DNA of 64,000 nt. Origin: Gemmatimonadota bacterium. Lineage in GTDB: Bacteria; Gemmatimonadota; Gemmatimonadetes; Palauibacterales; Palauibacteraceae. Below the pieces are notes generated by a model. The model was not told the origin of the DNA, did no database searches, and saw only the letters and a list, made by a program, of their open reading frames with translations. The translations under genes and the position numbers were made by a program. Position 1 is the stretch's first letter; each line of letters starts with the position of its first letter. Where the stretch lies: NCBI GenBank assembly GCA_046758745.1, contig JBHIAV010000004.1, forward strand, positions 41,641 through 105,640, read 5' to 3'. Shown piece by piece: positions 38,670 to 47,242 of this stretch.

Positions 38670-39352
38670 TCGGCTCCTTCCTTTGCGGTCGCCCCGGGGA
38701 GGAGCGTCCGCTCGATCTGCTGCATCAACTCTCGAACCCTTTCCCGCGCCCCCGTTCCCAACCTCGCCAGCCGGCGCCCTTCGGCGTCGAGGATCTGCTC
38801 CACGGCGCGCACGGCAGTCTCGAGCTCATCGTTGATCACGAGGTAATCGAACGCCTCGATCGCGGCGAGCTCGGCCTCCGCCGCGGCGAGCCGCCGTCGG
38901 AGCGCCTCCTCGCTCTCCGTGCCGCGGGCACGCAGCCGCTCCACGATCCGTTCGCCGCTCGGCGGGAGGACGAAGACCGCCACGCACGCCGGCTCCAGCC
39001 TCCGCACCATCCGGGCGCCCTGAACATCGATGTCGAGGAGAAGGTGCGCCCCAACCGCGCGCGCCGCCTCCAGGTTGGCGCGCGGGGTCCCGTACAGCTC
39101 CCCGTGCACCTCCGCCCATTCGAGCAGTTCCCCCGCCCGGATCATCCGCTCGAACTCCGAGCGGTCCACGAACTGATAGTCGACGAAGTTGGACTCGTCG
39201 ACGCGGGGGGGGCGAGTGGTGGCTGAGACCGAAAAGCGAACGTCGCCGCGATGCGCTTCGAGCCGGCGCGCGATCGTCGTCTTCCCCCCGCCCGAGGGAC
39301 CAGCCAGCACGAGCGGAAACGTCTCCGCGCGCGGATCCGTCCGCTCCGTCAC
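38666..39352 (-). CDS. gmk: Guanylate kinase
   Basis: GPSGGGKTT, SATTRPPR, YGTP and DIDVQGA motifs. GTG start at 39352 overlaps the yicC stop. Confidence 0.95.
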   Translation of the reverse strand: MTERTDPRAETFPLVLAGPSGGGKTTIARRLEAHRGDVRFSVSATTRPPRVDESNFVDYQFVDRSEFERMIRAGELLEWAEVHGELYGTPRANLEAARAVGAHLLLDIDVQGARMVRRLEPACVAVFVLPPSGERIVERLRARGTESEEALRRRLAAAEAELAAIEAFDYLVINDELETAVRAVEQILDAEGRRLARLGTGARERVRELMQQIERTLLPGATAKEGAE

Positions 39353-40233
39353 TCCACGTTCTCCACCTGCTCCCGCAGGGACTCCAGCTCGTTCTTCATC
39401 TCCACGACCAGGCGGGAGATCGCAGCGTCGTTCGCCTTCGAGCCGAGCGTGTTGAGCTCCCGAAGCAGCTCCTGTCCGAGGAAGGAAAGCCGCTTCCCGA
39501 CAGGCTCCGGTCCCGGAGCGTCGAGCAGCTCCCGGAACGCAGCGATGTGAGCCCGCGCCCGGCACAGCTCCTCGCTCACGTCCCATCGATCCGCGATGAC
39601 GGCGATCTCCCGGGCGAGACGCTCCGGGTCCAGCTCGAGACCTCCCGTCAGCTCGGAGACGGCGCGCTGCAGCCGCTCGCGCTCCCGAACCACACGCTCG
39701 GGCGCCCGTGCCTCGGCCGCCTGGAGTCCCTCGTCGATGAACGCGATGCGGCCGCGCAGGTCTTCCTCGAGTCGCTCACCCTCCCGCTCCCGCATGGCGA
39801 TGAGCTCGACGAGCGCCTTCTCTACCGCCTCTCGCACCCCGTCGAACGCGACCTGCTCGCCCGAAACTGCCGGGTCCGGGCGCAGCATCTCTCCGCAGCT
39901 CAGGAGGAGCGGGAGGTCCACCTCGCCGGGAAGCCCGTACCTTTCGGCGAGGTTTCGCAGCGCGACCAGCGTCGCCTCGACCCGCGGCTCGTCCAGCACC
40001 ACCCGTGGACCCTGCCCGTTGCCCGCGTCGACACGAACCGCACACTCGACGTGGCCGCGGCGCAGGTCGTCGGAGAGCAGCTCCCGAAGGGCGGGCTCCC
40101 ACTCCTGTGCCCCGTTCGGAAGGCGGATGTTCAACTTGAGATGGCGCGAGTTGACCGACCGAAGCTCCACCTCCACCGTGACGTCGCCGAGGCGCGCCGT
40201 TCCCGCGCCGAACCCCGTCATGCTGCGTAACAT
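39349..40233 (-). CDS. yicC: YicC/YloC family endoribonuclease
   Basis: MLRSMTGFG, SVNSR, QELLRELNTLGSKA and REQVENVE motifs. Confidence 0.94.
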   Translation of the reverse strand: MLRSMTGFGAGTARLGDVTVEVELRSVNSRHLKLNIRLPNGAQEWEPALRELLSDDLRRGHVECAVRVDAGNGQGPRVVLDEPRVEATLVALRNLAERYGLPGEVDLPLLLSCGEMLRPDPAVSGEQVAFDGVREAVEKALVELIAMREREGERLEEDLRGRIAFIDEGLQAAEARAPERVVRERERLQRAVSELTGGLELDPERLAREIAVIADRWDVSEELCRARAHIAAFRELLDAPGPEPVGKRLSFLGQELLRELNTLGSKANDAAISRLVVEMKNELESLREQVENVE

Positions 40234-40244
40234 GATGAATGATC

Positions 40245-40274
40245 AGTATAGGTCATCCGCTGCGCGTACGTCAA
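40245..40274 (-). promoter_or_regulatory. sigma70 promoter of the yicC-gmk-rpoZ operon
   Basis: TTGACG-N18-TATACT, ending 11 nt before the ATG. Confidence 0.65.
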
Positions 40275-40324
40275 ACCGTCGCGGGCTCTCTCCTTCCACG
40301 GGCGCACTCACATATCCCATTTAT

Positions 40325-40337
40325 TATCAATCACTTG
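40325..40337 (+). promoter_or_regulatory. IHF-binding site
   Basis: TATCAA-TCAC-TTG is an exact WATCAA-N4-TTR match inside an AT-rich patch. Confidence 0.55.
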
Positions 40338-40386
40338 TATATCACGGAGCGGACGGATGCCGGCCCCCCGTCCCCTCAGCGGTCTC

Positions 40387-42399
40387 CTAGTTGAAGAACT
40401 CCCATTTCACCCCGAACGCGTTCCGATTGATCGGGAACGCCAGTCCCGGAATGTCCTCCGCCTGCACGCTCGACAGATTCTCGACACGCCACCAGATCCG
40501 GACCGTGCCGATCCGGATCAAGAGGTTCCAGTCGAACATCGTGTAGCCCGGAACCACCACGAGTCCCGACTGCGGATCCGACGCGAGGGGTGCCGACCAT
40601 TCGGTACGACGATGGAGAGCGAGGCCGAGCCTCAGCTCCAGATTCCCGTCGAAGAACTCGTCGTGGAAGAAGATCTCGCCGCGCACGATGTTTTGTGGTA
40701 GGAAGGGAGGGAACTCTCCGGAGAGAACGCGGCCGTAACGCCACACGCCGCGAAGACGGATCGGCTCGAGACCCCTCAATATGGATCCGAGCGGCAGGAT
40801 GGGGCCCGAACCGGCCGTCTCGAAGGTCTGCAGCTCGGTGCTCCCCGGGAGCGAACCCGGCGGGTCGAAGGCCGTCCCGAGCGACAGGCGGCCGCCCAGC
40901 TTCTGGTAGCCGATGCGCTCGGTGAGCCGGAACGGACCGACGGCGATTTCCGCCGCTCCCTCGATCACATCGTAAGAGACGGAGTCGGCCGTCCCCGTCT
41001 GAGGGAGAGGCACTCCCCGGGTCCCCGTTGCCGCCTCGCCGGAGAGGACGAGAGCCACTCCGAAGCCCGGAGCCCACCGCACCCCGCCCCGCACTCCGGA
41101 CGTGCCGAAGACACGCCAGGAATCCGCCCGCGCGGCGAGATCGACCGTCAGCCCGGGGGCGAGCGCCGCCCCCAGCGAGGCGCGCCCGGAGACGGAAGGG
41201 AGGAAGGCGGCGTCTCGCACCTCCAGGCCAAGCCGGGCGTACCCTCTTTCGTGCCGGCCGACGAGGGAGAAGCCGGCGTGCCGGGACTCGGCGAGCGCTT
41301 CGTCGTCCGCCCGTAGCTCGGAGCTTCCCGCGAAGAGGGCCCCCTGGATTCCGCGCGTGATGTCTCCCCGCGCGTACAGGAACAGCTCACGCCGGTCCAC
41401 GTCCTCGTTCTCCAAGACCGTGCGCTCGAGCGACTCCGACTTCCACTGGAGCTCGATGCCGGCCCGGTTGTCGGTTGGAATCCATGAGAGCTTGCCCCAG
41501 AAGTCGAACCGGTCGCTCTGCAGGTCGCCGCTCGTGACGTTGAGCAGATCGATGGCCGTAGCGATCGTGAAGTCCCGCCCCAGACCGTTGGTAAACGTGC
41601 CGCGCAGGAGCTCGAGGCCCGGCTCGCCCGTCCCAGCGGTGATGCGGGAGTAGGCGTCGGGCCGGTCGTGCCGCAACGTGCTCAGCTCGATGGTCCAGCC
41701 ATCCGCGTGACGGAGGGCGCGCACCCGCTCGAGGCGCACGAGCGAGATGCGGGTGAGGTCGATCTGACCCCCCTCGAGAGGGTCCAGCTCACGACCATCG
41801 ACCAACACCCGGACGAACCCGGCTCCGAGCAACCCATCGAGCAGGTGGTGCGGACCCCCGTAGTACGAAGCGCGAACGGAGGTGAAACCGGGGAGGCCAT
41901 TCACGAGGAGATCCAGGAGGGAGAGCGCGCCAGTTCGGAGCTGCTCGCTCAGGTCCCATTCGTACACGGCCGCTGCGTACCCGTCGCCTGGCAACTCCAG
42001 GGGCGCCGGATACGCCTGCCGTCGTTCGGGTGCTGTGTCCTGTCGAGCGCCGGCGAGCGCCGCCAGAGCCGCCGCCCTGGCGCTGTCGCCCGCAACCCCG
42101 AGGCTGTCCGCGCCGGCCCGCCGGAGTTCCCGCTCGATCCCGAGGCTGTCCGCCTCGGCGTGTGGCGTCTTCGGCAGCGCACGCGCGCTGTCCCGCCGAA
42201 GCCGGAGGCTGTCCGTCGGAACGGGACGCGGCGGGGGCGTCGGATCCTGCGCACGGAGGGGAGCGGCGCCGAAAAGAAGGAGCGCGACGGTGACGCGAGC
42301 GGCTGCCGGTCCAACGCTCGGCCACGGGCCGGGAGGTCCCGGAGGCCTACGCTCAGTCAGCGGCGTCCAGCCACCCGGCCAGCAGGCGAACGCCGACAC
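40387..42399 (-). CDS. Putative outer-membrane beta-barrel protein with plug-like N-terminal region
   Basis: Signal-like segment (VALLLFGAAPLRA-Q), plug-like VLVDGREL...IDL..I....LERV, amphipathic beta strands and a C-terminal FGVKWEFFN. Start is uncertain. Confidence 0.75.
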   Translation of the reverse strand: MSAFACWPGGWTPLTERRPPGPPGPWPSVGPAAARVTVALLLFGAAPLRAQDPTPPPRPVPTDSLRLRRDSARALPKTPHAEADSLGIERELRRAGADSLGVAGDSARAAALAALAGARQDTAPERRQAYPAPLELPGDGYAAAVYEWDLSEQLRTGALSLLDLLVNGLPGFTSVRASYYGGPHHLLDGLLGAGFVRVLVDGRELDPLEGGQIDLTRISLVRLERVRALRHADGWTIELSTLRHDRPDAYSRITAGTGEPGLELLRGTFTNGLGRDFTIATAIDLLNVTSGDLQSDRFDFWGKLSWIPTDNRAGIELQWKSESLERTVLENEDVDRRELFLYARGDITRGIQGALFAGSSELRADDEALAESRHAGFSLVGRHERGYARLGLEVRDAAFLPSVSGRASLGAALAPGLTVDLAARADSWRVFGTSGVRGGVRWAPGFGVALVLSGEAATGTRGVPLPQTGTADSVSYDVIEGAAEIAVGPFRLTERIGYQKLGGRLSLGTAFDPPGSLPGSTELQTFETAGSGPILPLGSILRGLEPIRLRGVWRYGRVLSGEFPPFLPQNIVRGEIFFHDEFFDGNLELRLGLALHRRTEWSAPLASDPQSGLVVVPGYTMFDWNLLIRIGTVRIWWRVENLSSVQAEDIPGLAFPINRNAFGVKWEFFN

Positions 42400-43837
42400 C
42401 GGTCGCCCCCTTCGGCTGCCATGGACGGGGCTCCTCGGCCCACGCCGTCCCGGCGATGTCGAGATGGGCCCAAGGCATCTCGCCGACGAACTCGCGGAGG
42501 AACCAGCCGGCGGTGATCGTACCGGCCTCCCGCCCGCCGCTGTTCTTCAGATCGGCGATCTCCGAATCGAGCTGCTTCCGATACTCCCGCCACAGCGGCA
42601 GCCGCCACACTCGCTCCCCGCTCCTCGCCCCCGCCGTCTCCAGTGCCCCGGCCAGGGCATCGTCGTTGCTCATCAGCGCGATGCCGTGGCGGCCGAGGGC
42701 GACGACGCACGCGCCGGTGAGTGTGGCGACGTCGACCACCGCGGTCGGGTTCAGGCGCGTAGCATAGCTCAGAGCATCCGAAAGGATGAGGCGACCTTCC
42801 GCGTCGGTGCTCACCACCTCGATCGAGCGTCCAGAGAGGCCCCGGATCACATCCGCCGGCTTGAGGGCGCTCCCGGAGGGCAGGTTCTCCGTGGCAGGAA
42901 CGAGGCCAACGATCCGCCGGGACAGGCCGAGCTCCGCCGCCGCCCGCAGGGCGCCGAGCACCGCCGCGGCACCGGCCATGTCATACTTCATCGCCTCCAT
43001 CCCCTTGGCCGGCTTCAGCGAGATGCCGCCGCTGTCGAAGGTGACCCCCTTCCCGACCAGTACCACGGGCCGATCTTCCGCTCCGGCGTACTCGATGATG
43101 AGGAAGCGGGGCTCCTCCTCCGATCCTCGCGCCACGGCGAGGAGCGCGCCGAAACCCTCGCTCTGTAGCCGCTCGGTTCCCCACGCCTCGACGTGGAGCC
43201 CGTGACGCTCGGCCATCTCCTCGGCGCACGCGGCGAGGTACGAGGGAGTCGCGACGTTGCCCGGCAGGGTCACGAGGTCGCGGGCGAAGTTCTGCGCCTC
43301 CGCCAGGACCCTTCCGCGCTCCGCCGCCTCGCCGATGCCGGGCGTTGCCTGGGGAACGTGGATCACCGCAAGATCGGGGGCCGGCGTGGCGGGCGCGGCG
43401 GCGTCTGGCGACTTGAGAGCGTTGTACGACCAGTCGCCGAGCACGAATCCCTCGGCGCAGGCCTGAACCTCCGATGCCCCGGCGCCACTGGCCTCTCCCG
43501 CGAGCGTCAGGGCAACGGAGCGGAGCCCGTTCTCCCTCGCTTCCCGGATGGCCCGAGCTGCGATCCGCCGGGCTCGCTCGGCATCCGAGATCGACGGATC
43601 CCCGCCGCCGATCGCCAGAACATGCGGTCCCTCCGGCGCTCCCGACGGAAAGAGCCGTCCCTCTTCCTCCTCGCCCGTTAGGCGTCCGGCCGCGAGCCAC
43701 CTGGCCAGAGCCCCACCCAACCACACGTCCACCTGCCGGCCCATCTCTCCGAGCTCGCCGTCCGGCCCGATGGGGATGGCCAGCAGCGCCACGCCAAGGG
43801 CGCGCGGATCTCCGGAGCGAACTTCTACTCGCCTCAC
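42353..43837 (-). CDS. pepA: Leucyl aminopeptidase (M17)
   Basis: GKGVTFDSGG, MKYDMAG, TDAEGRL and HLDIAG motifs. Start about GTG 43837. Confidence 0.95.
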   Translation of the reverse strand: MRRVEVRSGDPRALGVALLAIPIGPDGELGEMGRQVDVWLGGALARWLAAGRLTGEEEEGRLFPSGAPEGPHVLAIGGGDPSISDAERARRIAARAIREARENGLRSVALTLAGEASGAGASEVQACAEGFVLGDWSYNALKSPDAAAPATPAPDLAVIHVPQATPGIGEAAERGRVLAEAQNFARDLVTLPGNVATPSYLAACAEEMAERHGLHVEAWGTERLQSEGFGALLAVARGSEEEPRFLIIEYAGAEDRPVVLVGKGVTFDSGGISLKPAKGMEAMKYDMAGAAAVLGALRAAAELGLSRRIVGLVPATENLPSGSALKPADVIRGLSGRSIEVVSTDAEGRLILSDALSYATRLNPTAVVDVATLTGACVVALGRHGIALMSNDDALAGALETAGARSGERVWRLPLWREYRKQLDSEIADLKNSGGREAGTITAGWFLREFVGEMPWAHLDIAGTAWAEEPRPWQPKGATGVGVRLLAGWLDAAD

Positions 43838-43869
43838 GCCGACTCTCCGCCCGTTCCCGTCGCGCGACC

Positions 43870-44997
43870 TCAGCGCTCGCCCATCGGCACGTATGGCCGG
43901 TCCCTCGCCCCGGTGTACTCGGCGCGGGGGCGGATCAGGCGATTGTTCTCGAGCTGCTCCATCACGTGGGCGCACCAACCTCCCATCCGCCCCACGGCGA
44001 ACATGGGCGTGTACAGGTCGAGAGGGAGGCCGAGACAGTGGTAGACGGAGGCGCAGTAGAAGTCCACGTTGCAGTCGAGCCCCTTGCGGTCGCGCATCGT
44101 CGTCTCCACGGCTCTGGAGAGCTCGAACCACCGCGTGTCCCCGATCGCCCGTCCGAGCTCCTCCGACATCCGCCGCAGGTGTGTGGCCCGGGGGTCCTCG
44201 GTGCGGTACACCCTGTGCCCGAACCCCATGATCTTCCTCCCAGCGGCCAGCGCCGAATCGATGTAATCCTCCACCCTTCCGATCTCCCCGATTTCGATCA
44301 GCATCTGCATCGCCTTCTCGTTGGCGCCGCCATGAAGCGGTCCCTTGAGGGCTCCGATTCCCCCCGTCACTGCCGAGTACAGATCCGACAGAGTAGAGGC
44401 GATGACCCGACAGGTGAAGGTCGAGGCGTTCAGTCCGTGCTCGAGGTACAGGAGGAGGGAGGTGTCCAGGGCCTTCTCGGCGACCGGGCCGGGGCGCTCG
44501 CCATTCAGCATATACAGGAAGTTCGCCGAGTACGAAAGCGAGTCGTCCGGAGGGATCGGCTCGTGCCCACCCCGGATACGGTGGAACGCGGCTACGGCTG
44601 TCGGCACGCGGGCGACGAGGCGGGTCGATTTGCGGAGCGTCCCCTCCGCAGAGCCGTCATCCTGTTCCGGGTCGCTATCGCCGAGAACCGAGACGGCCGT
44701 CCGCAGGACGGCCATCGGTACCGCCTGGCTCGGCAGCTGCCGCAGGACGCCGAGCACCGCCGGCGGCAGCGCCCCAAGCCCGGCTAGCTCGGCGCTGAAG
44801 CGCGCCAACTCGGCACGCGTCGGGAGGGCATCGTTCCACAGGAGGAAGAGGGCCTCGAGAAACGTGCCCCGCTTCGCCAGATCGCCAATGTCGTAGCCGC
44901 GGTAGAGGAGCCGGCCCGCCCGGCCGTCGATGAAGCTCAACGCCGTCTCGGCGGCGATGACGCCCTCGAGTCCTCTCGCCGCTATATGTCGAGCCAT
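43870..44997 (-). CDS. Citrate synthase / methylcitrate synthase (short type)
   Basis: GLEGV, EHGLNASTF, GPLHGGAN, GFGHRVY...DPR and NVDF motifs. ATG 44997 follows GGGAG. Confidence 0.93.
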   Translation of the reverse strand: MARHIAARGLEGVIAAETALSFIDGRAGRLLYRGYDIGDLAKRGTFLEALFLLWNDALPTRAELARFSAELAGLGALPPAVLGVLRQLPSQAVPMAVLRTAVSVLGDSDPEQDDGSAEGTLRKSTRLVARVPTAVAAFHRIRGGHEPIPPDDSLSYSANFLYMLNGERPGPVAEKALDTSLLLYLEHGLNASTFTCRVIASTLSDLYSAVTGGIGALKGPLHGGANEKAMQMLIEIGEIGRVEDYIDSALAAGRKIMGFGHRVYRTEDPRATHLRRMSEELGRAIGDTRWFELSRAVETTMRDRKGLDCNVDFYCASVYHCLGLPLDLYTPMFAVGRMGGWCAHVMEQLENNRLIRPRAEYTGARDRPYVPMGER

Positions 44998-45100
44998 CTC
45001 TCCCGTCGTCCCACCGTGCACGCCGCGGAGGTGGCGCGCACGGACCGCTCCGTGATGCTTCCCATTCGTTCGTGCGTCGATCTTACGGCAGGGCATGACG

Positions 45101-45148
45101 AAACAAAAGAGGCGCAGCGCGCGGAAAGCGTCCGCGGCCGCGCCTCTT
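45101..45148 (-). terminator. Intrinsic terminator downstream of the 83-aa gene
   Basis: AAGAGGCGC...GCGCCTCTT stem ending in TTTTGTTT on the minus strand. Confidence 0.65.
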
Positions 45149-45172
45149 CGGCCTCTGCTGGCCTGTTCTCGT

Positions 45173-45424
45173 TTACCGGATCGCCGGATCGGGCTCGGCG
45201 GCCCGGAACCGGCTCCTTAGATCGTCGGCGCTCAGCGTCTCGAAGGAGCCCGACGGCAGGCGAATTCGCTTCTGTGGCTGGTGCGGGTCGGAGAAACAGA
45301 CGAAGACCACCGATTCGTAGCCCGGCTCGGGTTGGACCTCATCGGGGTCCGGCCAGAACACGTCCCGGGAGGCGAGCCAGGCCTTCCACCGCCGCCCATC
45401 GTCATCTCGGAAGTGTTTCGTCAT
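45173..45424 (-). CDS. Small hypothetical protein (83 aa)
   Basis: MTKHFRDDDGRRWKAW...VVFVCFSD...KRIRLP...LSADDLR; SD GAGGTG upstream and a terminator downstream. Confidence 0.75.
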   Translation of the reverse strand: MTKHFRDDDGRRWKAWLASRDVFWPDPDEVQPEPGYESVVFVCFSDPHQPQKRIRLPSGSFETLSADDLRSRFRAAEPDPAIR

Positions 45425-45445
45425 GCACACCTCTTGGCGTTGCGA

Positions 45446-45593
45446 GGGGATCCGGCACGATGCATAACCCTCTAGTTTACTCACACGTCGTTCAGCTGTC
45501 CACCGCGTCACCGCCGAGAAACGGCTGCAGATGAACGGCGCTAACCAGCTATTATCGTTTTGGTTCTACCCATCCCGGAGTCTCCGGATCCCT
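45446..45593. ncRNA. Candidate structured ncRNA (6S-like rod with central bubble)
   Basis: Nested complementary segments: GGGATCCGG/CCGGATCCC, GATG/CATC, AACC/GGTT, an AT-rich bubble, CGTCGTTCA/TGAACGGCG and GCCG-AGAAA-CGGC. Confidence 0.45.
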
Positions 45594-45722
45594 GTGCCGT
45601 CGGCTTCCGTCCTCCGCGCCCTGCCGGTAGATTCGGCGGCTCGCGACCGAAGCTCGCCGGCCGCGCGACCGCTGGTGCAGCCGCGCTTCCGGCGCCGTCA
45701 CCACCCGAGGAGGCAGACCACG

Positions 45723-46745
45723 ATGAAGCGCGCCGCGAAGTACGCCCGTGTCGCGGCCGCCCTGGCCGCGGCCGCCGCTCCTGGCACACCGTCATCCCTT
45801 GGAGCCCAACCACTCGAGCGCCCCATCCGCCCGGTCCACACCTATTCCATCGTGGCCCGGGATGCCGCGACCGGCCAGCTCGGGGTAGCCGTCCAGTCCC
45901 ACTGGTTCTCCGTCGGGTCGGTCGTTCCATGGGCGGAGAGCGCAGTCGGGGCGGTCGCCACGCAGTCGTTCATCGACCCGGGCTACGGGCAGCTAGGTCT
46001 CGACCTCATGCGTGTCGGCAAGAGTGCCGGAGAGGCGCTGGCCGGACTGCTCGCCGCCGACCCCCATCCCGAGGTGCGCCAGGTGGGGATGGTGGACGCG
46101 GCGGGCCGCACCGCCGTGCACACCGGCGAGCAAGCGATCGCTGAGGCCTGCCAGACAACGGGCGAGGGATTCTCGGTGCAGGCGAACCTCATGCTGCGGG
46201 AGACCGTGTGCGAGGCTATGGTCCGGGCCTACATCCGCACGAACGGTGATCTGGCGGAGCGGCTGATGGCGGCGCTGGAGGCCGCCGAGGCCGAGGGCGG
46301 GGACATCCGGGGCCGACAGTCGGCCGCTCTCCTCGTCGTGCAGGGAGAGTCGACGGGACGCCCCTGGTCAGATCGGATCTTCGATCTACGCGTGGAGGAC
46401 CACTCCGAGCCCCTGGTCGAGTTGCGTCGGCTCCTGGTGGTCGCGCGGGCCTATCGGCACATGAACGAAGGCGACGAGCGGGTCACGCGCGGGGATATCG
46501 ACGGCGCGGTGGAGGAGTATCGCGCGGCGGAGGCTCTCCTGCCGCGCGAGTCGGAGCCGATCTTCTGGCATGCGGTGACGCTGGCAAGCGTCGGTGAGGT
46601 GGACGCTTCCCTTCCCCTTTTCGCGCGAGCGTTCGATATGCGTGCGGAGTGGCGGACCCTGGTTCCCCGACTCGTCGACGCCGGACTGCTTCCGGCGAAT
46701 GGGGGGCTGGTGGAGCGGATCGTCGCGGCCGGTCGGAAACGCTGA
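45723..46745 (+). CDS. DUF1028 (Ntn-hydrolase-like) secreted protein with C-terminal TPR-like region
   Basis: Signal peptide with HTYSIVARD, GAVATQS, GGDIRGRQSAAL and DLRVEDH motifs and a helical C-terminus. Confidence 0.88.
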   Translation: MKRAAKYARVAAALAAAAAPGTPSSLGAQPLERPIRPVHTYSIVARDAATGQLGVAVQSHWFSVGSVVPWAESAVGAVATQSFIDPGYGQLGLDLMRVGKSAGEALAGLLAADPHPEVRQVGMVDAAGRTAVHTGEQAIAEACQTTGEGFSVQANLMLRETVCEAMVRAYIRTNGDLAERLMAALEAAEAEGGDIRGRQSAALLVVQGESTGRPWSDRIFDLRVEDHSEPLVELRRLLVVARAYRHMNEGDERVTRGDIDGAVEEYRAAEALLPRESEPIFWHAVTLASVGEVDASLPLFARAFDMRAEWRTLVPRLVDAGLLPANGGLVERIVAAGRKR

Positions 46746-46875
46746 GGTCCTCCCCGCTCCGGGCACGGCCGGTCGGGATTGCCGAATCCGTCCCTCTCCG
46801 GGGGGCGCCCGGCCGGCATCCGCCGACGGGCCGCGTCTTCGGGAGAGGGACAGGCCGAGGAAAGAGATGTGGGGA

Positions 46876-46983
46876 CTACCCCCGGTCGCGCTCCTCAAGC
46901 TCGGGAAGCCGGCAGCCGAAGGCGAAGGCGACCCCGTATCCCGCGATGAGGAAGGCGAGGACAGCCGTGATGAAGATGTACAT
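46876..46983 (-). CDS. Putative single-TM microprotein (35 aa)
   Basis: MYIFITAVLAFLIAGYGVAFAFGCRLPELEERDRG*; SD GGAGAG; nearly all codons end in G or C. Confidence 0.6.
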   Translation of the reverse strand: MYIFITAVLAFLIAGYGVAFAFGCRLPELEERDRG

Positions 46984-47242
46984 GCGGCTCTCCGGGTAAC
47001 GGGACCGGGGCACGGCCGCGCGGAGACGCGCGAACCCGAGCGTCATCCCCCACCGGACTCATCCAGACCGGAAAGGGCTCTCGGCCTCACAGGATGCGTG
47101 GTCGATCTCCCCGTGTCCAGGGGCCGTCGGAGGTCGGGCGCCGTTGCGCCCTGCGTGGCGCCGCTCCTAAGCTGGAAGAGCGTTCGCCCGGTGATGTGCC
47201 GGAGCACCGACGGAGAGCGTAGAACCCCAGCTGCGAGGCGAA

